DNA of 63,573 nt, the filler included, from Octopus bimaculoides (lineage: Eukaryota), in assembly GCF_001194135.2 (NCBI RefSeq). It is 5 parts of 5 records of this genome, joined end to end, with 100 filler letters (N's around TTAATTAATTAA, not from the genome) between each part and the next. Parts side by side here need not be neighbours in the genome. Positions count along the whole stretch, not along the records: positions 1 to 16,495 come from NC_068982.1; 4 more parts are not named here. One strand, 5' to 3'. Under the pieces are notes generated by a model. It worked only from the letters and a program-made list of their open reading frames with translations. It did no database searches and was not told the DNA's origin. Positions 1-14,949 of the stretch are shown here, one piece after another (the first letter of the stretch is position 1; each line of letters starts with the position of its first letter). Position numbers and translations under genes: made by a program.

Positions 1-930
1 TATATATATATATATATATTTGCGTATATTAAGCGTATTACTATACATGATTACCTCACACTAGCAGGAACTCTAAAATTCAAACTACCATAATAAACAC
101 ATTTTACCGAACGCGAGGGAATGCAATTCTCGAAGCGAGCCTCTTAAAAATAGACTTAAAGGTATTTCATGATTCCGTAATCAGTGCAACATTTGCACTC
201 CTTACCCTTCAGTACACGTATAGTCAAGACACATAAAAATAAATAAAAAAAACATACCAGACGAACAGTCCATGTATCCAGCATAGTACATAGAAATTGT
301 TTATACCTATATATCTTTGTAAGAGGCAAGTTCCTTGATTCTGTCGAAAACAATGAAATCGTTTTCAAAACTTTGTATAAGTCTATGAGTAATATCACCA
401 AACTTTTGACAACATTTGGTGTAGATTCTCTGCTGAACGTTCTCTGTCATTGTCAAAGCATCGATCACATGGTACACAAATTTAACCCAACCACTATTGT
501 AAACAGCAGAAGTAAGCAAGAACGTTGAAACCTAGTGTGCATGCAGAAGATAGTTTAAGTTCAATCTGTACAGAGTGGCTTTTCTCTGCATGCTTTAGCT
601 TCGTTACTATGGCGACCGTCCGGATACTTATTGGTCACTCCACGTATAACAATTTTAGAGTAACTTTTATTTATTTTCTCGAGTAGCTAAAGTCAATTTC
701 AATATATAGATATTCAGTCTTAATAGCACTTGTACATGGTTTGCATAGATAACGATATCTTGGTTATTTTTATTGACACTGTTTAAATAAAACAGATGGA
801 CATGTTTCTCGTGTCATGAAAATACAGGAAAATTATTTGTTGATTTCAGATATCTTCGTGAAAGAATTAAATTGGATTAATATGGAAATTGGCAACTAAA
901 TAATGGACTATCACATAAGGAAAATACGGT

Positions 931-966
931 AGCAGCAGAAGCAGCAGCAGCAGTAGCAGTAGCAGC

Positions 967-1022
<56 letters not shown>

Positions 1023-1024
1023 CA
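931..1024. repeat. (AGC)n/(AGT)n microsatellite
   Basis: Direct reading. Confidence 0.95.
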
Positions 1025-2110
1025 GTTTTATATTCATCACTGGAAGTTGGACAAAGATGTGGCAGTGACTTTATTAGGAATCAAACTACTGCCGCTAATA
1101 TTGTCGCGTCTCTATAATACCTTTCTTTGTTTTGCTATGGATAAGCGGCATAAGCTCACGATATCGGCGTGGTGAAATTAATGACAGGCATTTAAAATGT
1201 TTTAAAAAATTGCATTGCATCGCTGGAATATGTGAAAAGTATATTTGTGTATANNNNNNNNNNNNNNNNNNNNNNNNNNNNNNNNNNNNNNNNNNNNNNN
1301 NNNNNNNNNNNNNNNNNNNNNNNNNNNNNNNNNNNNNNNNNNNNNNNNNNNNNNNNNNNNNNNNNNNNNNNNNNNNNNNNNNNNNNNNNNNNNNNNNNNN
1401 NNNNNNNNNNNNNNNNNNNNNNNNNNNNNNNNNNNNNNNNNNNNNNNNNNNNNNNNNNNNNNNNNNNNNNNNNNNNNNNNNNNNNNNNNNNNNNNNNNNN
1501 NNNNNNNNNNNNNNNNNNNNNNNNNNNNNNNNNNNNNNNNNNNNNNNNNNNNNNNNNNNNNNNNNNNNNNNNNNNNNNNNNNNNNNNNNNNNNNNNNNNN
1601 NNNNNNNNNNNNNNNNNNNNNNNNNNNNNNNNNNNNNNNNNNNNNNNNNNNNNNNNNNNNNNNNNNNNNNNNNNNNNNNNNNNNNNNNNNNNNNNNNNNN
1701 NNNNNNNNNNNNNNNNNNNNNNNNNNNNNNNNNNNNNNNNNNNNNNNNNNNNNNNNNNNNNNNNNNNNNNNNNNNNNNNNNNNNNNNNNNNNNNNNNNNN
1801 NNNNNNNNNNNNNNNNNNNNNNNNNNNNNNNNNNNNNNNNNNNNNNNNNNNNNNNNNNNNNNNNNNNNNNNNNNNNNNNNNNNNNNNNNNNNNNNNNNNN
1901 NNNNNNNNNNNNNNNNNNNNNNNNNNNNNNNNNNNNNNNNNNNNNNNNNNNNNNNNNNNNNNNNNNNNNNNNNNNNNNNNNNNNNNNNNNNNNNNNNNNN
2001 NNNNNNNNNNNNNNNNNNNNNNNNNNNNNNNNNNNNNNNNNNNNNNNNNNNNNNNNNNNNNNNNNNNNNNNNNNNNNNNNNNNNNNNNNNNNNNNNNNNN
2101 NNNNNNNNNN

Positions 2111-2160
<50 letters not shown>

Positions 2161-2161
<1 letters not shown>

Positions 2162-2536
2162 GGCGATTGCATGACCGTGTTGCTTCCCAACCATATAGTT
2201 CCGGGCTCAATTCAACTGCACGTTACGTTGGGCAAATTATAGCTTCAGGTCGGCTAAAAATTTGTGAGTGAATTTGGCAGACGAAGACTGGAAGAAGTTC
2301 GTTGTGAGTGTGTGTATATCTACACATGTGTGATTGTGTGGCTATCGCTTGATAATAAATGCTGGTGTGCTTATGTCCCCGTACCTTAGCAGTTCAGCAA
2401 AAACAAACGATAGAATAAATACTAGATTAACACAGAATAAGTCAAGACGCCAATTATTTCGAATAGAACCCTTTAAGGCGGTGCTCCAGCGTGGCCGGAG
2501 TCAATTGACTGACAAAAGTGAAAGAATAAATGAATA
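2161..2536 (+). mobile_element. tRNA-derived SINE (OR2/Nin-type family)
   Basis: GCTTCCCAACCA head, CCCGTACCTTAGCAGTTCAGCAAAA core, GGCGGTGCTCCAGC tail, all shared with several copies in the window. Confidence 0.65.
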
Positions 2537-3124
2537 AAAGAATGTGTGTGTGTGTGTGTGTGTGTGCATGTATGTACTTATAACTGTAGAAATGCATACA
2601 GTTTACTGTTCAGCTATGGTAAGGTGAACGAAGATGCACTCCATCCAGTGGGAAATATATATCATTTAATGTACATGATATCATGTTAAGTGTTATTAAT
2701 AGTTAGCGATAGGCACCTCCTCTCGAAGCAACCTCGAGTGTCTTAACATATGGGATGCCCAATATGAAAATCAGGGCGCTGGTACATGAGGAACAAGGAG
2801 GGAAGTAAACGAGCGTGTGTATATGCTTGTGTGTCATAATTTTTAGCAACAGTTAGGCCTTCCTCTCAGCCTCATCCTCTCACCCTATTCTGCAGCTGCT
2901 GTTCTAAGACCCGGAAGAAAAAAAAAGAAAAGGATGAAAGAAAATGTTACAGTGATCTTGTATTCGCCTGTGTATGTGTGTTCGCTCACGGTGTTGCCTT
3001 CGTGGTAGTTTTTATTCTTGTTATTGCTATCGTTGGCACCGCCGTTGCTGGTGTTATTGTTAGTTGTGTTGTTGACATTCTTATGACCATTCATGAAATT
3101 TCATGTGTTTGTTTGTGTGTGAGA

Positions 3125-3600
3125 ATGGGTTCGCTTCCCAGTTATAGTGGGAAGTCTACCTCTTATCGATCTAGTAGAGTAGATAAAACAGGTCCATGAT
3201 TCCCTAAGTAATCATTGTCGCATGTTAATCTTAAGAGGAGGCCCAGTTCTTCAGTGTCAACAGCAATGAATTCCAGATAGCTCTCGCTGACAAGCTCCAT
3301 ACATTTCCCCACAGGAAAATCAACATCAATGGAGGGGTATAGGGATACTACGTCCATACTGCCTATTATGCATCCCGCCAGGTCGTGGGCATAGTTGCAC
3401 TCATTGATTCTGTTGAAGAGGTCCACTGAGCTATCACATACATCTGGGAACAGCATCTGGGGAGACATCGCCAGCGATACTGACACCAATGCCTGTACCT
3501 TCCAATTAGGCGTATATCTTGTTAATAAACGTAAATATATGGCACTTGAGTGTGGTCTTGGCATTCGCAACCACCGCATGTGCACCATATTTTTAACGTG
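3125..3600 (-). mobile_element. Penelope-like element: inverted N-terminal RT fragment
   Basis: Translates to CDSSVDLFNRI...IIGSMDVVSLYPSID...ELGLLLRLT, then RGRLPTITG in another frame. Penelope-type RT motif. Confidence 0.7.
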
Positions 3601-3609
3601 ATCATAAAC

Positions 3610-4750
3610 CTAACAATGTACTCCCGCTACGTGGATGATATAAACATAGCAGCCAGAGGACCTCTGTAAGACAATGCTGATGATCTAGAAGCTAACATCC
3701 AACAAATATTTAACTCCATCCACCAGAGTATAGAAATAGCGATAGACTATCCTAGTAAGCATCCTAACTATAGATTACCCGTTTAGACTCAGAACTCTGG
3801 CTAAAAACGAAGAACGGTAAGATGCAGATCCTTCACTCTCATTATGCAAAACCTATGGAGTCCAAGTACTTTGTTCACAAGAAAGCAGCGATTGCGGACA
3901 ATGCCAAGTTCAAAATTCTCATATCTGCCTTGGTGAGAATGTTGAGGAATGTGTATCGTATGTGCGACAATATGCAATTGCAAAGACACGTACAACATTT
4001 CATCCATCACAGGCAGTTCTCTGGCTACAACCAAAGGGACATGATTAGAGTGTACAAAGGAGCCAGGACTAAGTACAAAGCCATCATAGAGAGTGGTGCT
4101 AAGGAGATCTGCCCGCTGTACAGGAGTAATTCCTGGAACAGCACGGAAAGGACCAGTAATAAGATAATTAAGGCCAACACTTTGTATGACAACAAAAATA
4201 CCAGTGTCATTTTCTTGGTGGCAAACTAGCACACCTTTTTAAAAACATTAAATAAGATTAATCTGCGAATTAATGTAGTAGAGAGGTCCGGTGCCCCTTT
4301 AATATCCCTGATCTGCAATACCTATCCCTTTGATAAGTCCCCCCTCTACAGAGTACAATTGTGTTTATGTAGGATGTAGCCAAAGTTTAACTGTAACGTT
4401 AGGAATGTAGTGTATAGCTCATGATATGCTGTGGGATGGAGCACAAACATGAAAACTACCTACATCGAAGAGACTGCACGCAGCATAGAAGAGCGAACAG
4501 GTACACTTTGGTAAGAGCTCAAAGAAGGCAAAAGCTCGCCAGTGCTCTACCAACATGCTCAGGCAGAATGTGAAGGCTCGATTAATACCATAGAGATTAA
4601 AGCACTATCGACACATATAACTGACACGACGCTTAGACAGATCAGAGAAATTGCACACATAACAGTAGAGAGACCGAGCCTCAATAGAAAACTCGAATCG
4701 AACAGTAACACCCACCACCGCACCACATGACTAAAGACAGTTGGGATAAG
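3610..4750 (+). mobile_element. Penelope-like element: RT catalytic/thumb region and GIY-YIG endonuclease (degraded)
   Basis: YSRYVDDI at ~3627; HYAKPM...KILISALVRMLRN thumb; NVVY...YIEETARSIEER GIY-YIG-like motif near 4410-4500. Confidence 0.8.
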
Positions 4751-5403
4751 AAGAGAGAGAAAAAAGGGGGGAAAAGTGAAAAAATAAATGTAAATAATAC
4801 ACTGAACATACAGGGTGATACACACGCAATAACATACATGCACTTATCTGTGATACTTATAAGAAATAGACGTAAATGGCTAAAAGTGGTAAAATATTAA
4901 TAAAGAAAGAAATATATGCAAATATATAAATATATAAATACATAATATATCTGTTACATACATAGGATAGGTTCAAGACATAGAGATAGATGAAATAAAA
5001 CCATATACAGGGCATGGGTACATACGACATAGGAAGCAAGCCCATACACACACACAAACACACACACGCCCCCTCCCTCCCCCACACACAATGACACAAA
5101 TGCATGTGCACATAAGGATACACATCTTCGAAATGGATACGCATCATAGAGAGAGGAGTAAGTAAAGCAAGACCACACACAAAAACGGGAAGTGTCGCTA
5201 AAAAGGTCACGCATGTGTGACGAAAGATTTCCGGACAATGAACATGAATCAAAATAATATGAATTACTGCTACGTATGTATGTAATACACAGTCTTTACA
5301 TATACACATGTATATATTCTCAAAAATGGTTTAGAATAAATAGACATAATATAATGTCTAATAGTTGAGGTATACTTTTTCTGTATCCCCTCCACTTTCG
5401 TCT

Positions 5404-5523
<120 letters not shown>

Positions 5524-5619
5524 TCAGACGCGAGACACACCAGCACAAACGCCTGTCCTCTTACGACAAGTATTCGTCTTACCCTGTATACATTTTGATG
5601 CGGAAATCTTTCGTATATA

Positions 5620-6628
5620 TTTCTCAAGTGTTTGAAAGAGTGGTAAGATCAAGGATAGCTGACCTCCTGGAGACCCACAAACTCCTAAATGCAAATCAGC
5701 ATGGCTTTCACTGTGACAGGAACTGTCTAACACAACTCTTACAACTCATTGAAGACATACTTAAAGCCTTCGGAACAGGTTCGAACTCTGATATCTTATA
5801 TATTGACTTCAGTAAAGCGTTCGATGGGGCTGACCATAACATCTCACTCTCAAAATTGGCAAATGTTGGAATCTGTGGAAAACTTCTACACTGGATTAAG
5901 TATTTCCTGGAGAATAGAACACAAGAAGTTGTGGTCGATGGAATCCATTCAAGCCCAGCAAAAGTCACCAGTAGTGTCCCTCAGAGGACTGTCTTGCGCC
6001 CGCTCCTCTTTTGAATTTACATAAATAACATTTCCAGCGTCGTAAATCACTGCAAAGTCAAAATATTTGCTGATGACACTAAGCTCCAGCAAATCATCAA
6101 TGAAGAAGAAGACCGAACTCAACTCTAGTTTGATCGATATGCTGTGGGTCAATGGGCAGACAAAAACTTGAATCTCCACTCTCTGCAGCGCCGGTGCGAG
6201 CGGTACATCATTTGTACGCTGTGGAGGATATATACCACCATCATTGCCCAAAAGACCTGAGTATTAGTTTCAAGGTTCATCCAAGGCTGGGACCACGGGC
6301 CATACGTCACCTGCTGAATTCAGGGTCACAACATATAAGTACACATAGTTTCTTTTCCTCAACAGGCCTCACCCTATATAACATTGCCCCGAAACTGATC
6401 AAAGAGGAAAAGTATCCCATCACCTATAAACGGAGTCTGGACAGATTTCTTCAAGGAATATCAGACAAGCCACCCATACCGGGATACAACTCACTCAACA
6501 AGAACTCACTACTTCAATGGACCATAAACAAAACATGACTTTAAAAGGATTTAGATATTCCTATCAGGTGGTGCTATTAAGTTAGACATGGCCTGGAGCA
6601 ATCTTTGGTCGAAACATATCTAAGTTTT
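5620..6628 (+). mobile_element. CR1-clade LINE, 5'-truncated, with stop and internal deletion
   Basis: NQHGF...CLTQLL...YIDFSKAFD...VPQRTVLRPLLF*IYIN...IFADDTKL and C-terminal PPIPGY...NSLLQW. Confidence 0.85.
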
Positions 6629-6757
6629 ATCTTAGTTCTCTATATATATATATATTCAGTGACACGAGCAGTCTCAATTGCATGACAGAATTTGGTAGCC
6701 GATACCTATACATGTGCTTTGTAAAGCACATTACAATATTTTCAACATAAACTTTAA

Positions 6758-6819
<62 letters not shown>

Positions 6820-7849
6820 ACACACACACACACACACGTATAAATATATATAGTTAGAATTTGTTGAAATTAAATTACTGCTTTTATACATTGGGATATA
6901 GAGGTAAATTATTAATGAGTTAGAGAACTATAAAATTTGAAGTAATACGCTGGTAGCAACTTGTTTTACATTGAAATTTTATTTCCGAATTTTTCTGAGG
7001 CGAAATAATATAGATATGATGAATGGGAATATTTTCCATATATAACATTTATGTTTATCCGTATATCTTCTCCCCCACCTCTCTCTCTTTCTCCATTCGT
7101 AGTATTCATGTAGAAACACGACGTTGGAAAATATATCATTTCAATATAGTGTGAGATAGGAAATTGTCTCCTAGACCTGGGTTCAGAATTATTTGTCTGG
7201 CAACTATTGCAGTTTTATTGAAAACTGCACAGCCTCACCTACATACATTTATCACAGGTTGTGAAACACCCCAAAACACTTTCAGTCTTGTCAAGTATCT
7301 GCTGTATTTTTTTTCCCAAAATGTAGATATCTGTGACTACTTGAAACGGAGGAAGATGCGAAAGTGAGCGAAACGCAGGAGGTGGGCCCAGAAAAGAAAA
7401 AGGATATTTATTTTTTTAATCTGAAAATTCTTGGATTACTTGAGAAATATATAAGAAAGATTTCCGCGTCCAAATGTAAGACGAATACTTGTAAGAGAAA
7501 AGGCGTTTCTGTTGCTGTGTCTCCGTCTGAATACAAATTTCCTCGCGCGTGTGTGTAGAAGCTGAATATCAGCGTCTCAGTATTAAATTTCTCGTATGGA
7601 TCTTGCAGATTTCTTAGAAGTATGTCTTTCTTTCAATGTACAATTAGTAGCATATCATTCTAGCATGTTTGTGTTCTTTGCCATATTTGAATAGATATTA
7701 AAATGTGCTCCTTTCATTTTTACTGCCATATATAGATTAGATTGTGCGATTAGTAGTAATCTGGCAGTGATGTCTCTAAATACAGAAGGGAACTTGAGAA
7801 ATCTCTATGAGAAAGTCACTTTAGTAAATCCGACATAACGTTATAATCT

Positions 7850-8110
7850 GCAAATCAGTTTCAAATCTGTAGATTTCGCATCCTTTGCCTTGGTGTTATA
7901 TAATCTGTTCGTTCACAGAGATATAGAAATCATATTGCATCCTAGAAACATCATAATCTTTAAAATATTCTCAAATTTGGTTAAAATCAGCTTCAGTTGG
8001 GATCGTCGACGTGATATTGAGATCTTTTGACAGCTTGAACAGTAAATAAAATTCCTCTTCACCAATGAATATGGATGAGCTGTGCTACAAATTCGTCTAA
8101 ACAAGATCCA
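7850..8110 (-). mobile_element. Possible Chapaev-like transposase remnant (heavily degraded)
   Basis: FLGCNM and ADY-like segments resemble the LGCNMSLK...LADYCW region. Confidence 0.3.
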
Positions 8111-10371
8111 AACTAAGAATACAGCAGCCGTTGAACTTTCAAAAATATCAAAATAATATGTTTTTTCAACTTCAAATTGCGTCCGCCTCTCTGTGTATGT
8201 TGTCTGTAATTCTGGAGCAATGTTGGTTTGAAGTTGAAATTACTACCGTGTACAATTATGAGGATTCATGAAAATTATTGCGTGTGTGTTAGTGTATTGT
8301 GAGATATAGTGCTTAAATATCGTTAATAACGCTCATTTAGGTATATTTAGAAACGTGTCATAGTAGATAGTTTGTCCTTCAGGTTGTCATCAGTTTTCTT
8401 ACATTAAAGGAATAAGTGTGAACGTTTAGACGAGGGAAAGGTGACCTTATTGCCTTCGGTCAGGTAATGAGTCGTACTGGTAAATAATAGAATACAATAC
8501 GCATGAATATATGAGCTGCGTGTTTGTGTGTGCAAGTGTGAAGCTGATTTTGTGTATGATGGTGTATGTTTTCATATTTCGTCTAAATGTACTTCAATAT
8601 ACACAATTGTTAATGCATGCACAAATGTTTTCTTGTGAATTGGTTGAATAGGTAATATGATAGAAGGAACTGTCTACAAGATGTGTTCATGGGAGATGGA
8701 AAGAACATCATTTTATTGTATTAGGAGAAAACATATGAAAATGCGATGAAGGAATATGAAACTTTCACACATTTAACATACTTTCATCTCAGTCTCTCAA
8801 CTTCTATCTCAATTTTCCCTCTCTATTTCTCTCTCCTATTCCTAATCATATCTTTTTCTTTTCCAATATCTGGCTCCAGGTTTACCACCATGATTACTAT
8901 CAATGAAATAAAATAATAACCTCTATCTGAAAATAGTTTTCCTTTAGTTTCATATAGGATGATTCTTATTCAATCATGTACATACACTCATAAATCCACA
9001 CACATAAACTGACAGGGAAATTACAAGCACTAGCATTCAAAACAAGGTGTTCCACCCTACACCTACATATACGCATATAGAGATATAAGCAACATAAATG
9101 GAACAGACCAAATGTTCTCGACCTATTATGGCCAGAGGCCCCTTTTTGACTCTTGGAGTCACAAATGGCCTCCCTAGAAAATATTTTTAGTTTTCAATAC
9201 ACTACCTATTTTGATATCAGCAGATAGTGATTAAAAAATAAAGGACGTCGTTTTACGTATGCGCTTGTACGCAGTCGGGGGTACGGATGTACAGATAGAA
9301 AGGCAAAAAGAAAAACAAAATAAATAAATAAATTGAAAGTTTGGTAATTGCCTTTATTTCCCCCACGTGACACTTATGAGATGAATATGTTGTCTACCGA
9401 AAGAGTGCTCATTGGTACAAATAAATGCTGATGAAATCATTTCAAACCTTTCCAATTCCCCTTATCAAAACGGCTAGAACTTGTGCAGCAATCTGACATA
9501 TAAGTTATTGTCATCCAGGAAAAACAATTTTTTTTATGCTCAAGAGAGTGTATTTGATAGAAATTGTAGAAATACTTATGTACTTCATATGAATAGCAAA
9601 TTGTGGAGAATGGCATTCACTGTAATTGGATTTAGTTGCAAAATCAGTCACAATATGAGTCACAAAATCAGCCCCCTTTTAAAATGACGTAAAAATATCT
9701 GAATATTTGTCATATTAAACATTCCTTTCTTATTTAGGATATAGTTTGTTTCATACACAAAATCTGCATTTTATAAACTGAAGTAAGAAATCTGGAAATT
9801 GGTTCTATTGATGCAGTTTTCCACGCTAATTCCTGTAAAGCCTTGAACCTCTGTGGAAAAAAGTTTGACACACATTTTTTTTTTGTTAATTCATGGTTTT
9901 AAAATACGGACAGTCCGAAACTACCGTTCGTTTCTCTTTGCAATTTCCAAATAATTTTTGAATACTTCAAAATCAAAATTGTGTAAATATGTGTGCCAGA
10001 AACAGTAGTTAAAAATTAAGGAAATAGATTTTTGGGAGATCTCTTATTATCAGTGACTTTTATTCCATTATTCTAATATCTTCTGAAACATATAATATAC
10101 AGGTATAAATGCAACAAAAACAAATACACACACACACACACACACACACATACATTTTTACAGAGTTTTATATACATCCTTCTATATATATAAATGTTTC
10201 GCATACACAATTGCGCCCCAAAGATTTGCTTCTTCATAACCTTGAGAAAATTAAATATTTCTTTTCTGCAAATATGCTTCAGGTCGTGTAGATTCCGATT
10301 AAATTGAAATTCATTGTGAAAATTGTTTGTCCCTAAAGGAGTTTTAGAGAATTCACACCATTATGCTTTCT

Positions 10372-10416
<45 letters not shown>

Positions 10417-13400
10417 GGGTGTATACGTATTGATTTAATAATATCTTTATACACATACACATATATAAAAGTGGCATACTATCAGTTACGACAGTTATAA
10501 GTATCCAAAACCTCTTCACCACTCTTTGAAATTCATTTTCCTCGTTCATCTCTTCGGATTACATGTCGTGCCACTGCATGTCTGCCTGTCTGCTAATATT
10601 GCTGATGGACAGGCAGCATGACACTGGCATTTCACATATAATATAAAGTCCAGGATTATGTGAAAAAAGTGTTGAAGACCAACTGACTTCCTTCCACTAA
10701 AGTATTAAAAAATTATTTGGAAATCATAATGAGAAACACATGCTAGATTTGGATTTCCGTATTTTAAAACCACGAATTAAAAAAAAAATGGAGTGCGGGT
10801 GCATATTCGAAGATAGAATCGAAAACCTTTTATAAAAGTTCCTAAAAATAGAGACCTTATGAAGGGTTGATGTGCTTACATCATAATTCTGCATGGTACC
10901 AGGAATTTGCTTGGTGTCGTCAAAGTGGAAAACGTGTTTTTTAAGTTTTTGAAAATTTGAAAGAAAAAAAGCATGGCTTTTTAAACTGAGTGTCGTAGAG
11001 ATGTGAAAATATGGCTACTATACGTTAATTTCAAATTAGACTTACCAAAGTTGAGGATCTTCCAGCTCCAACCAAGTCTCTTAACGCCACCCCACCGAGT
11101 GCCCCTTTGCTTCAAAACGCCCCACTCGAGTTCTAAATGCCCTCCACGGGGGGGGGGCATATGGCCCCCGTTGAGAGCCTTTGGAACTAACAATCATACA
11201 AGCACACATATAATCACATACTCATATAAAATAATATCTTGTTTAGCGCCATCACTTTCCAGCTATGTTCAAGTGCAGCCTACCATCCTTTTGCTTAAGT
11301 TCTGTCTCTAATTTTCATAAGACTAGAAACTTTATGAAAATCCTACAGGAAATCTAATACTTCTAGAAATAAATATTTCCAAAACCACTTAAAATAACAT
11401 GCCCCAATCCGTTCAACATTATATCTAAGCTCATAATTCGACATACGCACACGGAGGCGCACACCCAAACGGCCGAAAACAGCGTAATCAAACATATAAA
11501 CACACATGCAGAAATACAAACAAATATCACAGACACTTATACACATACGCAATTATATGCCATATTCCTCTCCGTATGACCAACAGTAATCCTATCTTCA
11601 CCCTCACCAATCGCCTACAGCTATTCTATTTGAATAAAAAAATTGAACACATTTCTCGTAAACATTATATAAAAGACCTACATTAATTTCAACTAAACAG
11701 CTAAAGTATTCACACGGTGCAAATTATAACTAGACACGCTTGCGCGCAAATCGACATATATACACACACAAGAAAATAATTGAATTTATAAATGTGGAGA
11801 GCTACTTTCCTTATCAAAGCTGAGAACGAAGATATTTAACTGTGCAGTATAACAACTATTACAACGCTATTAAACCACTCGAAAGGCGCCATACCACGCT
11901 AGAGTTATACAATTTCAAAGCCATTTTATGAGTAGATCATTGATTAAGAATTAACATCCCACACCGATATGTATGCTTCAATTTTACCGTTGGCACAAAA
12001 TACTTATATTAGGAACACCTGACATGTATTAAAATAAAAATAAACTGAATATCAAAGATAAATCTAAAATTAACGTCGAAAGATTAATAAAATGCTGCTT
12101 TTAAGTTATTCATTAATGGTGGATTATTTAAGTAATATGAAAATAAATAAAAGAATTGAAACAAATATACAAACGAAGATTCAGCAACACCGGAAATCAA
12201 ACTTATTAGGATATCGGAATCAATTGGTAGATTAGTTTACACATCTTATCATCTCTTAAAATGTTTGCGAATTAGAATAATCTTATTTTCTATGAATTTT
12301 TAATCAATCATATTGAATAAAAAGAAAAAGTAATAACAATAAATGAAGCAAAAAACGATAACGTATTTAAAAAAAATATATATAGAGAGAGAATAGAATT
12401 TGATTTTCATTATTTGCTATCAAATAAATATCTCGTATAGGAAACCTTGGTTATATAATTACCGTGCATCCGACGCTGGTGAGATAAAATTATGCTATAT
12501 TAATTTTCGTATCTATTTGATAAAGGATTACCTCATATATTGCGAGAGAAATTTAAGACGTATTTCATCTGGTTGTTATAATATTAATGAACTTAATAAC
12601 TCATTAGAAAAATTTGAAATATATTTTTTAAATGTTATTTCGGTGATATTGTTGCTATAATTAACTGGCTCCGCGTTCTACTATCTAATATATATATAAG
12701 CGAAAGACACGTTGGATATATTTAGAGAAAAGTGATATGAGTACGACTTCCTTCACAAGACAGCAGAGATAGTCCGATCAGTGCTGTCCTGGAAATAAAT
12801 ATAGCCACATTCCAATGGAATGTTTCTACACATCAAAACAACTTTAAGTATATTGCTCTGACACAGAGCCATATTTTCTAGAATAAATGTAATCTATGCT
12901 CATAGTAAGGCGTAGTATTCGATATTAGAGGCAAGATATCTGAATATCATATAACGATTCATTGTCCTCAGATAGGTTAATGTATATATAAACATTTTCT
13001 GTTTAGAATTAATTGAGTTATTTAGAATTAATTTAGTGCACACATGCTTGGAGTTTCAGAACCGTCGATCGCAATCTAGGAATCCATGCTACTCTGTCAA
13101 AGTGAACGGCTTTTATCAACGTGTCCTTCTTCAATATTGGAATTGACAAAATGCACAACATGACGCACTATATAATTCTAAATACACTATGTCTTACAAA
13201 ATTACTACCTTTACACAGATAGTGAACCTGATCGATCTTCTGTTTTCTCATTCACAACTTATGATGTTTGATGTTTCTTAATAGCTCAATATGTTTCATT
13301 TCTCACCGAAGATTTTAATTCTTTCGAAAATTGCAGTTGTGTTTGTTATATTTTCGATATATAATCAGTACGTTCACATAACTCACTCGAGAAGCTGAGC

Positions 13401-14016
13401 TTTTTAAAACGCGATATGACATAATTAGTAAATAAAAGTTAGAAGACCTTAACAACACCGAGAAAATACGTAGTTATAATATTCTTATTATATACTTTAC
13501 TTTCAATATATTATATATAGTTATTATATACGTATAGCCATCATATAACAGTATAACCCATTTTTAGTCTTTCCGATACTTGTGTCGAATTTAAAAGCTT
13601 CCAAATTAGAAAGTTAAGATTTGGAATGAAACATTTTACAATTTTAAAATTATTATTAATTTACAATTTTAGAATTTACATAATTTCCTTTTTCTTTTAT
13701 TCGAAAATATTATTTGGATTTTTATGATTGAAAACGCGGACAATATGCTTCGGCCAACTTTTTAAAAAGATTTATTTAGAATTTGAAAATGAAAAAAAGT
13801 CACGTACAATTTCGCACATCGAAGTCTCTGAGAAGACGACGAAAGCTAATTTCATTTTGCGTGTGCAGTTGTGTGTGCAGGTATGATGATTATGAATTAT
13901 ATTTTACATACAATCAAACACACACACAAACGTGCTCGCATGCACACGCTCACACACACACACACGCATATATGTATTATATATGTTTGTGTGTGTATAT
14001 ATATATATATATACAT

Positions 14017-14071
<55 letters not shown>

Positions 14072-14949
14072 AGTATGTACGTTGGGTATGTATATCCATT
14101 TTCATTATCAGTCCATAACCACACTTCTGTTCCTCCTAATCAATAGGTACTAAATGGAGATCCCAAGAGACAGCGGTGGATTACCAATCTCCTACGTTAT
14201 AATATCTAACGAACAAACAGGTCACTGAACCGCTTAAATTCCTCAGATAGAACAGTAAATATATATCATATCCCTCTTGCTTGAAGATCGAAACCATATA
14301 ATCAGAAAAGACTCAAAATGTCATCAAGATACGATGTAAGAGTTTATCGGAGATTACATTCATTAACAAAAACAAAGCTTTCATACTTTATCAAACTCTA
14401 CATAAAACTTGGAAAGCGATTTTCTAATATTAACTCCTATGGCACTAATCTTCATAAAATCTATGAAATGTGGACATAAAATGATCTCCATCGTCCGGTG
14501 TAGAGATATGCTACAAAACTTTAAAAAACTCTCCATTTGCATGTCCTAGAATGAACATATAGACAGAAGTCAATGGAAATCAACATATCGCACGTTCGTC
14601 AGTATGCATATACACATCCATATTGAAACATTTCTACTTCTATAGATACCCTCAAGGCCTATTATGATTTTTTCTTTCTTATTTGTGTAATAGTTTACTT
14701 TCAGTAGTTTTCCTACGAGTTCGGTTAAATGGTTTTCTTTTCAATTGAAAGCATTTGTATTCAAGCCAAACGTTCAATTCTCTTGCTGGCAATCTCTACC
14801 AGGAAATTATTGTGTCTTATCCATTTATTTTCTCTTCTGGCTCTTAATCCAAGCCAGCCGCGTTATATTCTTGCCTAATATCCGTATGGGTCTCTTGAAG
14901 TAAAACCTATACCATATATCACCACAATTTTCCAAAGATATTTTGTTGG

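Noticed and set aside
307-519. 70-aa minus-strand ORF at the window start
   Set aside because: It may be a transposase scrap, but I recognise no motif well enough to call it.
1095-2271. Long ORFs spanning N gaps (also near 19.5, 54.8 and 59.3 kb)
   Set aside because: They are open only because N codons contain no stops.
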